Numbered from the stretch's first letter, positions 20,937 through 30,612 are shown. The stretch: 64,000 nt of DNA from an uncultured Bacteroidaceae bacterium (GCA_964563025.1 CAZLVK010000005.1:17468-81467), one strand, 5' to 3'. Numbers and translations are program-made. Notes: generated by a model from the letters alone, not told the origin.

Positions 20937-21686
20937 TTATTCGTAATCTACGACGTCAACCCACGAGAGCAAGAATTCTCTTTCTTTTTCGTTGCCCTTT
21001 ACGGATTGAGACGCCGCGACGATGGGCATCCATTTTTGGACGTATTGTTTTGCGGTGTCCGTCTTTTGGCAGAACAAATCGAGATAATCTCTCGCGCCGT
21101 CTATGTCGCCGTTGAGCCAGAACAAAAGGTAGGTTCTCGCTACGTCCGCGGAGGCGTTGCCCTGCGTTGCGTGGGACCAGTCGATAATATACGGCGTGCC
21201 GTCCTTTGCGATAATGACATTCGAGGGGTTGAAATCCCCGTGGCAAAGTTTAGAGTGCTTGGGCATACCCTCGAGACGAGTGTGCAAGTCGTAACGAGTG
21301 GTAGCGTCAAGGTCCGCTTGGGAGATTTTTCTCTTCATTTTGTCTTTGAGTTTGTTGAGCAAAGGACAAGTCTTGGACTGGACTTCGATTTGCAAATCCA
21401 CGAAAAGGCTGAGGTACTCGTGCTTTTTGTCGGGATTTTCCGCCATAAGGCGGTCAAGAGTCTTGCCCTCGATATATTCGGACACGATAGCCCACTTCCC
21501 GTCAACGGTTTCGACCGCTTCGATTTTGGGGATATTGAGCCCGGTTTCCTCTACCCTGGCTTGGTTGAGAGCCTCGTTGAGAATATCCGCTTTTGAAAAG
21601 CCTTCGCCGAAAACTTTGATACATTTGTCGCCGTCACGATAAATGGTTTTGTTGTTTCTGACTGCGATAACTCTGTCAAGATTCAT
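20937..21686 (-). CDS. APH/protein-kinase-like phosphotransferase
   Basis: Catalytic loop LCHGDFNPSN and IIDW motif; EYIEGKTL hinge. Confidence 0.85.
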   Translation of the reverse strand: MNLDRVIAVRNNKTIYRDGDKCIKVFGEGFSKADILNEALNQARVEETGLNIPKIEAVETVDGKWAIVSEYIEGKTLDRLMAENPDKKHEYLSLFVDLQIEVQSKTCPLLNKLKDKMKRKISQADLDATTRYDLHTRLEGMPKHSKLCHGDFNPSNVIIAKDGTPYIIDWSHATQGNASADVARTYLLFWLNGDIDGARDYLDLFCQKTDTAKQYVQKWMPIVAASQSVKGNEKEREFLLSWVDVVDYE

Positions 21687-21699
21687 AATTATTCCTCCC

Positions 21700-24399
21700 T
21701 TATTTACGCGCGCCTTTGCGGTAGGTCTTTTTGAAATCCTTGTCGTCCGCTTTTGCGGTATCGACGATTTCGGGCAACTCCTGCTCCACGAAAGACTTGC
21801 CGTAATAGGCGTTGAGGTACATTTGTTTGATTTCGCTCATGAGCGGATAGCGGGGATTTGCGCCCGTGCATTGGTCGTCGAACGCCTGCTCCACCATATC
21901 GTCGAGACGGGCAAGGAAGTCCGCTTCGTCGGCGACGTAATCTTTGATAGCGGGTTTGATGCCCACTCTTGCTTTCAATTCGTCGATAGCCTTGATGAGG
22001 TTTTCGAGTTTTTCGGAGTCGTTTTTGCCCTTAATTCCGAGATAATCCGCAACTTCCGCATATCTTGCGAGGGTGTGCGGATGGTCGTATTGCGGGAAGG
22101 TGCCCATCTTTGCGGGAGTTTCGGACGCGTTGAAACGGATGACTTCGTCAATCATAAGCGCGTTCGCTACGCCGTGAGGAAGATGATGGAACGCTCCGAG
22201 TTTGTGCGCCATAGAGTGGCATACGCCGAGGAATGCGTTTGCAAACGCCATACCCGCCATAGTTGCTGCGTTAGCCATTTTCTCTCTTGCTTCCACGTCG
22301 GTGAGTCCGTTGTCGTACGCTCTCGGGAGATAGGCGAAGATAGTCTTCAACGCTTTGAGAGCAAGACCGTCGGTATAGTCCGTCGCCATCATAGACGCAT
22401 ACGCTTCGAGTGCGTGAGTGACTGCGTCGATACCGCTTGCGGCGGTAAGTCCTCTCGGTGCGCTCATATGGAAGTCGGTGTCGATGATTGCCATCTTTGG
22501 GAGAAGTTCGTAGTCCGCAAGAGGATACTTGACGCCCGTTCTTTCGTCGGTGATGACCGCAAACGGAGTGACTTCGGAGCCGGTGCCCGCAGAAGTCGGA
22601 ATCGCGATGAAGTATGCTTTTTCGCCCATTTTCGGGAAGGTGTAGACACGTTTTCTGATGTCCATAAAGCGCATCGCCATATCCATGAAGTCCACTTCGG
22701 GGTGTTCGTACATAACCCACATAATTTTGCCTGCGTCCATAGCGGAACCGCCGCCGAGGGCTATGATACAATCGGGTTTGAACGCCTTCATTTGTTCGGC
22801 ACCCGCCTTTGCGCACGCAAGCGTAGGATCGGGAGCGACGTCGAAGAACGTCGTATGCGCGATACCCATTTCGTCGAGTTTGTCGGTGATGGGTTTCGTA
22901 TATCCGTTATTATACAGGAAACTATCCGTAACGATAAAGCATTTTTTCTTGCCCATGACCGTTTTGAGTTCGTCGAGTGCGACGGGCAAACAGCCTTTCT
23001 TTATATATACCTTTTCGGGTGCTCTGAACCACAACATATTTTCTCTCCTTTCCGCAACCGTTTTCACGTTCAATAAATGTTTTACTCCGACGTTTTCGGA
23101 CACCGAATTACCGCCCCAACTTCCGCAACCGAGGGTGAGGGACGGAGCAAGTTTGAAGTTGTAAAGGTCTCCGATACCGCCTTGGGAGGAGGGAGTGTTG
23201 ACGAGAATACGGCAAGTCTTCATTCTTGCGGTGAACTCTTCGAGTTTCGCACTTTCGGTAGCGACGTTGAGATAGATAGACGAGGTGTGACCGTAACCGC
23301 CGTCGGCAATAAGTTTTTCCGCCTTGTCAAACGCGTCTCCGATATTCTTCGCTCTGTACATAGCAAGTACGGGAGAGAGTTTTTCGTGTGCGAATTCTTC
23401 GCTGAGGTCTACGCTTTCCACTTCACCGATGAGGATTTTGGTGCCCTCGGGCACTTTGACGCCCGCAAGGGAAGCGATGGTAACGGGGCGTTGTCCGACG
23501 ATTTTCGCGTTGAGCGCACCGTTGATGATTATGGTTTTTCTGACTTTTTCGGTTTCTTCGGCGTCGAGGAAGTAGCAACCTCTTCTTGCGAACTCCTCTC
23601 TCACCGCTTCGTACACGGAGTCGAGGACGATGACGGATTGCTCGGATGCGCAAATCATACCGTTGTCGAACGTCTTGCTGTGGATAATGGAGTTGACCGC
23701 AAGAATAATATCCGCGGTGTCGTCGATGATTGCGGGGGTATTGCCCGCACCTACGCCGAGAGCGGGTTTGCCCGAAGAATACGCCGCTTTGACCATTCCG
23801 GGACCGCCGGTTGCGAGGATAATATCCGCCTCTTTCATAATAAGGTTGGTCATTTCGAGACTGGGAACGTCAATCCAACCGATGATACCCTCGGGTGCGC
23901 CCGCCTTGACCGCCGCTTCGAGAACGACTTTTGCCGCCGCTATCGTGGACTTCTTCGCTCTGGGGTGAGGGCTGATAATGATACCGTTGCGGGTTTTGAG
24001 GGATATAAGCGTCTTGAATATCGCAGTGGACGTCGGGTTGGTAGTCGGGATAACCGCCGCCACGAGACCGATAGGCTCGGCTATCTTCTTGATACCGTAG
24101 GACTTGTCCTCTTCGATAACACCACAAGTTTTGACGTTGCGGTAAGCGTTGTAGATATACTCCGCGGCATAGTGGTTTTTGATGACTTTGTCCTCAACGA
24201 TACCCATACCGGTTTCTTCCACCGCCATTTTGGCAAGAGGTATTCTCATCTTATCCGCGGCACAAGCCGCCGCGAAGAAGATTTCGTCCACCTGCTCTTG
24301 TGTGAAAGTCGCAAATTCTTTCTGCGCCTTTCTCACGCGTGCTATCGCGTCTTCGAGAGTTTCCACGCTGTCGACGATTGCATACGCTTTTTCTTCCAT
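21700..24399 (-). CDS. adhE: Bifunctional acetaldehyde-CoA/alcohol dehydrogenase
   Basis: ALDH domain (PTTNPTST, FDNGMICASEQ, EKLSP), linker GCGSWGGNS, Fe-ADH domain (GGGSAMDAGK, GTGSEVT, HSMAH...PHG). Confidence 0.97.
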   Translation of the reverse strand: MEEKAYAIVDSVETLEDAIARVRKAQKEFATFTQEQVDEIFFAAACAADKMRIPLAKMAVEETGMGIVEDKVIKNHYAAEYIYNAYRNVKTCGVIEEDKSYGIKKIAEPIGLVAAVIPTTNPTSTAIFKTLISLKTRNGIIISPHPRAKKSTIAAAKVVLEAAVKAGAPEGIIGWIDVPSLEMTNLIMKEADIILATGGPGMVKAAYSSGKPALGVGAGNTPAIIDDTADIILAVNSIIHSKTFDNGMICASEQSVIVLDSVYEAVREEFARRGCYFLDAEETEKVRKTIIINGALNAKIVGQRPVTIASLAGVKVPEGTKILIGEVESVDLSEEFAHEKLSPVLAMYRAKNIGDAFDKAEKLIADGGYGHTSSIYLNVATESAKLEEFTARMKTCRILVNTPSSQGGIGDLYNFKLAPSLTLGCGSWGGNSVSENVGVKHLLNVKTVAERRENMLWFRAPEKVYIKKGCLPVALDELKTVMGKKKCFIVTDSFLYNNGYTKPITDKLDEMGIAHTTFFDVAPDPTLACAKAGAEQMKAFKPDCIIALGGGSAMDAGKIMWVMYEHPEVDFMDMAMRFMDIRKRVYTFPKMGEKAYFIAIPTSAGTGSEVTPFAVITDERTGVKYPLADYELLPKMAIIDTDFHMSAPRGLTAASGIDAVTHALEAYASMMATDYTDGLALKALKTIFAYLPRAYDNGLTDVEAREKMANAATMAGMAFANAFLGVCHSMAHKLGAFHHLPHGVANALMIDEVIRFNASETPAKMGTFPQYDHPHTLARYAEVADYLGIKGKNDSEKLENLIKAIDELKARVGIKPAIKDYVADEADFLARLDDMVEQAFDDQCTGANPRYPLMSEIKQMYLNAYYGKSFVEQELPEIVDTAKADDKDFKKTYRKGARK

Positions 24400-24429
24400 G
24401 ATGATTCTCCTTATATGATAAATATTATT

Positions 24430-25041
24430 TTATATACTAACCGAAAGTATTGCAAGCGAAGCCGCCATATTTTCGTTTTTTACTTTCACAAATTCGGGAA
24501 TTGAGAGCCTTGCGGGTGCGAAATTCCAGATTGCGGTGATTCCCGCCTCTACCATTACGTCCGCGACTTCTTGCGCATTCTTTTCGGGGACGGCAATGAC
24601 TCCTATCTTTATACCGTTTTCGGTGCAATACTTTTTGAGGTTTGCAATCGGATAAACGTTCTTGTCTCCACACTTGCCGACTTTGCCCTCGTCCGCATCG
24701 AATCCCGCAACTATATACAATCCGTATTCGTCGAAATGCTCGTACGAGAGTAGCGCCCGTCCGAGACGTCCCGCGCCTACGAGGACGACTTTGGTTTCTG
24801 TCTTGCAACCGAGAGCGTCTTCGAGGTCGCTCACGAGGTTGTCGTAGTCGTATCCGACTTTCGGTTTTCCCGTTCCCGACACGAGAGCGAGGTCCTTTCG
24901 CACCTGCACTTCTCCGAGTCCGAGAGAGCGCGCGATAGTTGCCGACGAAATATTCTCCGTCTCGTCGCCGTTCAAAGATTTGAGATAATGAAGATATACG
25001 GGCAAACGCTCCAATACGGTTTTCGGAAACACTTTTTCCAT
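24430..25041 (-). CDS. rex: Redox-sensing transcriptional repressor Rex
   Basis: RLPVYLHYL, QVRKDL, VGY, VGAGRLGRAL, IWNFAP. Confidence 0.95.
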   Translation of the reverse strand: MEKVFPKTVLERLPVYLHYLKSLNGDETENISSATIARSLGLGEVQVRKDLALVSGTGKPKVGYDYDNLVSDLEDALGCKTETKVVLVGAGRLGRALLSYEHFDEYGLYIVAGFDADEGKVGKCGDKNVYPIANLKKYCTENGIKIGVIAVPEKNAQEVADVMVEAGITAIWNFAPARLSIPEFVKVKNENMAASLAILSVSI

Positions 25042-25056
25042 AATCGCTCCTTTCAG

Positions 25057-25088
25057 TCGATACGTTTTTATCGATACAATTTTATCGA
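25057..25088. promoter_or_regulatory. Two overlapping 18-bp palindromes upstream of rex (candidate Rex operators)
   Basis: TCGATACGTTTTTATCGA (25057-25074) and TCGATACAATTTTATCGA (25071-25088), between a minus-strand TTGTCT-N17-TAAGAT promoter and the rex RBS. Confidence 0.55.
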
Positions 25089-25312
25089 TTGCTTATATCT
25101 TATTCCTTTTTGTCTGCAAAGACAAGAGAATAAACGCACATTTTTTGCAAAATTTCAAAACCGTTTCCATACGGAAAACAGAGTTATATATATAAACGAC
25201 GAAAACCGATTTTTGTCGTTTTTGCGGATAGGAAAAATTAGGCAAAATGCGCCTGTTTTACGCCGTAACCCGAATTTTCGGCATCCTTTCTTTTTCTATT
25301 CTATCCGCACAC

Positions 25313-25343
25313 GAAAAAAGACCTGCCTAAGCAAGTCTTTTTT
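25313..25343 (-). terminator. Intrinsic terminator downstream of acpP
   Basis: AAAAAAGAC-CTGC-CTAA-GCAA-GTCTTTTTT imperfect hairpin flanked by A/T tracts. Confidence 0.65.
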
Positions 25344-25442
25344 ATCGATAAAAAGCGACTACCGCACCGCAGATACGGGTGCCGATTACGTTAACTTGAT
25401 ACTTATTCTCCGCAAAGTATTATTGCGAAACCTACTCGAAAC

Positions 25443-25673
25443 TCAGATACGTTTTTCGATATAAGCAACGACGTCGTTGATGGTCGTCATCCCCGCCACC
25501 GCGCTCTCTTCCACTTCTATGCCGTACTTGTCCTCGACTTCCATAAGCATGGTAACTATGTCGAGACTGTCGCAACCGAGGTCCTTGATTATGTCTTTGT
25601 CGGGAGCGATGTCCTGAGTGTCCACGCCCATTTGTTCCGCTATGATTTCTTTGATGTCGTCAATGATTGCCAT
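25443..25673 (-). CDS. acpP: Acyl carrier protein
   Basis: DLGCDSLDIV phosphopantetheine-serine motif; 76 aa, acidic. Confidence 0.92.
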   Translation of the reverse strand: MAIIDDIKEIIAEQMGVDTQDIAPDKDIIKDLGCDSLDIVTMLMEVEDKYGIEVEESAVAGMTTINDVVAYIEKRI

Positions 25674-25689
25674 ATTAGTCTCCTTGAGA

Positions 25690-26184
25690 TTATTTCAACG
25701 CCTGAGGGTCCACCTCGTAAGCGTAGATATTTTGTTCGACCGCGCATATGCAAGCGTGGTAGCCGGGGAACGGCTCGAAGTGCTCGAAATGCACGAAAGA
25801 CGGGATGGGTTTTCTGATGCCTTTCAACCCTTCCCCCGTCATTTTGAGATAACTTTCCTTCTCCGTCCACTTCTCGAAGAACTCCTCGTCGGAGTCCGCG
25901 GTTATGCCGAAACGGGAGAAGTCTTTTTTGTACGGACGTATCTTTTCTATGTCCACGCCTATCTCTGTGTCGGACAGCGCAAGCATAGTCACTCCGTCCG
26001 TATGTGCGAGGTTAAAGTGTACAAAATCGACGTTAAACCTCGGTTTCTGATTTTTTTCGCGAATTATCTCAACCTCTTCGGGAAGGTCGAGACAAAGCCC
26101 GAACATAAGATTTTTGTATTGCTCGTAGCCGTATTTTATGAAGGCGTCGCTGTCAACCTTGTCTCTGACAAAAAGGAGTATCAT
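25690..26184 (-). CDS. 4'-phosphopantetheinyl transferase (short Sfp-like)
   Basis: KP, FNLAHT, IGVDIE, WTEKESYLKMTGEGL; adjacent to acpP. Confidence 0.88.
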   Translation of the reverse strand: MILLFVRDKVDSDAFIKYGYEQYKNLMFGLCLDLPEEVEIIREKNQKPRFNVDFVHFNLAHTDGVTMLALSDTEIGVDIEKIRPYKKDFSRFGITADSDEEFFEKWTEKESYLKMTGEGLKGIRKPIPSFVHFEHFEPFPGYHACICAVEQNIYAYEVDPQALK

Positions 26185-27719
26185 ACCACCAACACGGGAT
26201 TGTTGCGCCCGTACGTATTGTTCACGTCGAGGAAGAAATCGCGGTCGACGGTCAGCATAAGTTCAAACGGCAAGCGATAACGCCAATTGCCCTCCGCTAC
26301 CCCCGGAATATTCATTCTCGTGTCTCCGCCGTAACCGAGAAGGTCTTGAACGGGGAATATCGCAAGCACCGCGGAGGATGCCACGACGGTCTTTATTATA
26401 GCCTTGGTAGACGCACACGACGGTCCGCCCGACGCCCAGCCCGCGCCCTCGAAACCGCAATATTTGAGGGCGTAATTTCTTGCGCCTTCGTTGAGTTCGT
26501 AGAGCCAACCGAGAGTCGTGTTGTTGTCGTGCGTGCCCGTATAGGCTACGTTCGAGGATTGATAATTGTACGGCAGATGCACCCCCGGCGTGCCGTCGAA
26601 ACCGAATTGGAACACCCTCATAGTGGGTATGCCCGTCGAGTCTATATATTTGCGACAATCCTCGTCGATTTGTCCGAGATCCTCCGCAATGAAAAGCGCG
26701 GACGGATTATCCGCTCTGATGAGGTCGAGGAGTTTGTCCTGAGGACCTTGTTTCCACACGCCGTTTTTCGCGGTGGTATCGCCGTAAGGTATTGCAAAAT
26801 AGGTGTGGAACGCACGGAAATGATCGAGGCGCAAGGCGTCGTACATTTTGAAACAATGTTTGACTCTCTTTCGCCACCAAGAAAAACCGTCATTTTCCAT
26901 TTTGTCGAAATCGTAAAGGCAGTTGCCCCACACTTGTCCGTCGCTTGCAAACGCATCGGGAGGTACGCCCGCTATTGCGGTAGGCACGTTTTCCTCGTCA
27001 AGTAGGAAAAACTCCTTGTTCGCCCATACGTCCGCGGAATCCGTCGCAACGTAGAACGGCAAATCGCCGATGATTTTCACGCCGTGCGCATTTGCGCGAC
27101 GCTTGACTTCGTACCACTCCGAGAAAAACTCGTATTGCTCGAAAACAAAAAAGTCTATATCTCTTGCAAATTCCCGTCTAACCTCGTCGAGTCTTGACGG
27201 CTCTCTGTTGGCAAGGGGCTTGTCCCACTTATACCACTCTGCGCCGAAGTGTTTGACCGAAGTCATATAGAGCGCGTAGTCGTCGAGCCAATCCTTTTCC
27301 TCTTCGTAGAAGGCGTTCATACCCTTGCGGTATTCGGGAGTTATGCGCGTGTATGCAAGGTTCAGCACCCTCGTCATATTGTCCTTTGCAAACTCATAAT
27401 CGACGAGATACGGCTCTCCCCTATACTTTGCGTTTTCGAGTTCGTCGGCGGTTATGAGTCCTTTTTTGAACAGTTCGATGGGGCTGATATAAAGGTAGTT
27501 GCCGGCGTACGTCGAAATCCCCGAATAGGGAGAATTGCCGAGCCCTATCGTGGTTATCGGGAGAAGTTGCCACCAATGAAAGCCCATATCAACCGCCATA
27601 TCCACGAACATATCGACGTCCGCGGTAAAGCACCCTATCCCGAAAGGGCTGGGAAAAGAGGATACGCTCATCAGCAGTCCTGCCGAGCGATTGAACTTTG
27701 CGTACTTTCCGTCGCTCAT
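26181..27719 (-). CDS. malQ: 4-alpha-glucanotransferase (GH77)
   Basis: WQLLP, GDLPFYV, GVPPDAF, RLDHFRAF, AEDLG, YTGTHDNNT, MNIPG. Confidence 0.95.
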   Translation of the reverse strand: MSDGKYAKFNRSAGLLMSVSSFPSPFGIGCFTADVDMFVDMAVDMGFHWWQLLPITTIGLGNSPYSGISTYAGNYLYISPIELFKKGLITADELENAKYRGEPYLVDYEFAKDNMTRVLNLAYTRITPEYRKGMNAFYEEEKDWLDDYALYMTSVKHFGAEWYKWDKPLANREPSRLDEVRREFARDIDFFVFEQYEFFSEWYEVKRRANAHGVKIIGDLPFYVATDSADVWANKEFFLLDEENVPTAIAGVPPDAFASDGQVWGNCLYDFDKMENDGFSWWRKRVKHCFKMYDALRLDHFRAFHTYFAIPYGDTTAKNGVWKQGPQDKLLDLIRADNPSALFIAEDLGQIDEDCRKYIDSTGIPTMRVFQFGFDGTPGVHLPYNYQSSNVAYTGTHDNNTTLGWLYELNEGARNYALKYCGFEGAGWASGGPSCASTKAIIKTVVASSAVLAIFPVQDLLGYGGDTRMNIPGVAEGNWRYRLPFELMLTVDRDFFLDVNNTYGRNNPVLVV

Positions 27720-28993
27720 TTTTCCACTCTAATCAAAGAGGCTATTTCGTTGACGCCCGAAAGATTTCTTGCTTCCGCGACGGCTTTTCTTATATTGCTT
27801 TCGCTGGTCACGTGAGTGATGAAGATAATATCCGCATTGTTATCGGCAGACGAGCGTTGCAAAACGGTGTCGAGGGAAATGTTGTTTTTGCCAAACACGC
27901 CGGACAGTTTGGAGAGGGAGCCCTCTTCGTTGCTGACGTTAATTCTGAGATAATACTCCGAATGGAAGTCCGTCGCGAAATCGTCGTCGTTGACCTTTTC
28001 CTCATCCTCCCAATAGAAGCGTCTGGGTTCGGATTGTTTTGCGGCAAAAACTATGTCGCTGACGATTGCGCTACCCGTAGGCAACGAGCCCGCGCCTCTG
28101 CCGTAAAGCATAATATCGCCGACGTTATCCCCTTGCACGAACACAGCGTTGAAAGAACCTTTTATATCCGAAAGCGGGTGTTCATCGGGCAAAAACGCAG
28201 GATGAACTCTCGCTTCTATCTTTTCTCCGACTTTTTTGGAGATTGCAAGAAGTTTCAAAGTATAGCCGAGTTCCTTGCCGTAGTTGATGTCCTTGACGTC
28301 GATTTGAGATATACCCTCGCGATAGATTTTGTCGATAGGAACTCTCTTTTTGTAGGCAAGAGAGGAAAGAATGCTGTTCTTGTACATTGCGTCGAAACCG
28401 TCCACGTCGGCGGTCGGATTTGCCTCGGCGTAACCGAGTTCTTGCGCCGCTTTTAGGCAAGTCGCATAATCGACGCCCTCGTCGCTCATACGAGAAAGAA
28501 TGTAGTTCGTCGTGCCGTTGACGATGCCTTTGAGAGAAACTATTTCGTTTCCTTGCATACCGTCCGTGAGGGTGCGAATAATAGGCACGCCTCCCACGCA
28601 AGACGCCTCGAAATAAAGTCCTGCGTTACCGCGTTTTGCCGCCGCTTCGAGTTCGAGCCAGTTCTTTGAGAACATTTCCTTGTTTGCGGTGACGATACTC
28701 TTGCCCGCTTCGAGACAAGCGATAAGGAAGGATTTTGCGGGTTCGATTCCGCCGAAAAATTCCGCCACGATTTGAATGTCGGGATTTGAAGTGACCGCGG
28801 AAATGTCCGTCGCTATAATTGACGGGTCCACGCCTAATTCTTTGCAACGGTCGAGATTGCGTTCGAGCACGCATTTGACTTCGATGTCCACGCCGTCGTT
28901 ACGTTTGATATACTCTCTTTTCGAGGTGAGGATTTGATACGTTCCTCCGCCTACAGTTCCAAGCCCGAGAAGGGCGACTCCGATTTTTTTCAT
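27716..28993 (-). CDS. hom: Homoserine dehydrogenase with C-terminal ACT domain
   Basis: GLGTVGGG, VTANK, FEASCVGGVPII, NGTTNYIL, GYAEANPTADVDG, GRGAG. Confidence 0.95.
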   Translation of the reverse strand: MKKIGVALLGLGTVGGGTYQILTSKREYIKRNDGVDIEVKCVLERNLDRCKELGVDPSIIATDISAVTSNPDIQIVAEFFGGIEPAKSFLIACLEAGKSIVTANKEMFSKNWLELEAAAKRGNAGLYFEASCVGGVPIIRTLTDGMQGNEIVSLKGIVNGTTNYILSRMSDEGVDYATCLKAAQELGYAEANPTADVDGFDAMYKNSILSSLAYKKRVPIDKIYREGISQIDVKDINYGKELGYTLKLLAISKKVGEKIEARVHPAFLPDEHPLSDIKGSFNAVFVQGDNVGDIMLYGRGAGSLPTGSAIVSDIVFAAKQSEPRRFYWEDEEKVNDDDFATDFHSEYYLRINVSNEEGSLSKLSGVFGKNNISLDTVLQRSSADNNADIIFITHVTSESNIRKAVAEARNLSGVNEIASLIRVEK

Positions 28994-29014
28994 ATATACT
29001 CCTGATGATTTATC

Positions 29015-29788
29015 TTATTTGGCGTTCAAGTGATAGATATAGTTCAAGCCTTTGAGGGCAAGTGCGCGGTCGGTTACGTCGATGAGGTCGGGCTCCACTT
29101 TTTCGATAAGCGCGCTGAGTCCGCCGGTCGCCACGACGATAGCCTCCTCCATTTCGGGAAGTTCCTTATACCGTTCGACCATATATTTGACAATGCCCGC
29201 GTAGCCGTAAACGACACCCGCCTGCATACAACTTTTCGTGTTCGTGCCCACGATGCTTTCGGGCTTGTCGAGTTCGATACGAGGGAGTTTCGCCGCCGTA
29301 TTGACGAGGGATTCGGTCGCGGTCTTTATGCCGGGAGCAATCGCTCCGCCGAGAAAATTGCCGTTTCCGTCCACAAGGTTGAAAGTGGTCGCCGAGCCGA
29401 AATCTATCGTGATGACGGGCCCGCCGTAGAAGTGATACGCCGCAGCCGCCCCCACCAGCCTATCAGAGCCGAGGTCGCAAGGATTGTCGTAATGCACGGT
29501 TATCCCCGTCTTCGTGGTATGATTTATCACAAGGGGTTTTTGGTGCATATAGTATTCACACATATGCTCTATGGTATAGTTGAGCGCAGGAGCAACCGAG
29601 GACGCCACAACTCCCTTTATATCCGAAAACTTGCAACCCGACTGACGCAATAGGTCGTACACGACCATTCCGTATTCGTCCGCAGTATGCTTCGCCTCCG
29701 TGGAAACTCTCCAAGAGGAAACGAGGTCATCCCCTTTGAACAAACCAAGTTTCACGTTGGTGTTGCCTATATCCATCGTAAGTAACAT
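29015..29788 (-). CDS. coaX: Type III pantothenate kinase
   Basis: DIGNTN, LGSDR, DFGSATT, GGAIAPG, ATGG. Confidence 0.93.
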   Translation of the reverse strand: MLLTMDIGNTNVKLGLFKGDDLVSSWRVSTEAKHTADEYGMVVYDLLRQSGCKFSDIKGVVASSVAPALNYTIEHMCEYYMHQKPLVINHTTKTGITVHYDNPCDLGSDRLVGAAAAYHFYGGPVITIDFGSATTFNLVDGNGNFLGGAIAPGIKTATESLVNTAAKLPRIELDKPESIVGTNTKSCMQAGVVYGYAGIVKYMVERYKELPEMEEAIVVATGGLSALIEKVEPDLIDVTDRALALKGLNYIYHLNAK

Positions 29789-29868
29789 TAAAGACACCGC
29801 CTTATAATATACTGTAATATATTATAACAAATAACCTCGTTTATATCAAGTCATATTTTCGTTGCCTT

Positions 29869-30333
29869 TCAATTTGCAAGAGCGATTGCGACGACGGCGA
29901 CGAAAGCGTAACAATTAAAGATGAAAACGGGAAGATAATAAAGCGCAATCCGCAACTCTTTCAAAAAGAATCTGACCGTTTGAACAAAGGATAGCGCAAA
30001 CAAAATCGCCATAAATACGGCTGAAAGATACACGTTTCCAAGAGTGAAAAATGCAAAAACAAAAAGAATAGAAAACACCCCAGCACCCGCCAAAATCAGC
30101 GTGGACGGAAAAAAGTGTTTGCCGATAACAAGCCTCGAAACCACCGCGATATGCAAGACGTAAACGACTGCGATTATCAAAGAAAAAATTCCGCCTTTCG
30201 GCACGAAGACGGGTTTAACGAGCGAATTGTACCACTTAAAGTCTATGTTTAGACAAATCGAGCAAATCCAAGCGACCGCCGCAACGCACGCCGTCCCCGC
30301 CACTATTCCCGTAAGTTTCTTTATATTCTCCAC
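29869..30333 (-). CDS. TspO/MBR-family membrane protein (divergent)
   Basis: WYNSLVKPVFVP matches the TspO WYxxLxKP motif; about 5 TM segments, 154 aa. Confidence 0.7.
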   Translation of the reverse strand: MENIKKLTGIVAGTACVAAVAWICSICLNIDFKWYNSLVKPVFVPKGGIFSLIIAVVYVLHIAVVSRLVIGKHFFPSTLILAGAGVFSILFVFAFFTLGNVYLSAVFMAILFALSFVQTVRFFLKELRIALYYLPVFIFNCYAFVAVVAIALAN

Positions 30334-30432
30334 ATAAAATCTTATTTCGCGAGAGCAAAACTATGAACACAAATTCTCGAATTTGCGTATGGTAAAGTAG
30401 GAGCAATCCGAGTAATAATGGAGGTATACATA

Positions 30433-30600
30433 ATGAACGGCTTCTTTGCAAACGGTGGAACAAACTGCGGTGGCGGAAATTGCGACTGCCTCTTGCTCAT
30501 ACTCTTGATTTGTTGCTGTGGCTGTAACGTCTGCGACGTACTCCCCTGGCTTCTCATCATGAACTGTTGCGGAAACGGCATCGGCTGTGGTTGCAAGTAA
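30433..30600 (+). CDS. Small cysteine-rich hydrophobic peptide (55 aa, 12 Cys)
   Basis: GGAGG RBS, ATG 30433, MNGFFANGGTNCGGGNCDCLLLILLICCCGCNVCDVLPWLLIMNCCGNGIGCGCK, followed by its own terminator. Confidence 0.8.
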   Translation: MNGFFANGGTNCGGGNCDCLLLILLICCCGCNVCDVLPWLLIMNCCGNGIGCGCK

Positions 30601-30612
30601 GTCCAATCGGAC

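Noticed and set aside
20937-21686. Aminoglycoside resistance gene
   Set aside because: Only the generic kinase-like motifs are present; host-like composition, embedded in a fermentation operon, no mobile context
25443-26184. PPTase plus carrier protein as a secondary-metabolite cluster
   Set aside because: No PKS/NRPS or tailoring genes nearby; the ACP looks like a standard fatty-acid ACP in a housekeeping operon
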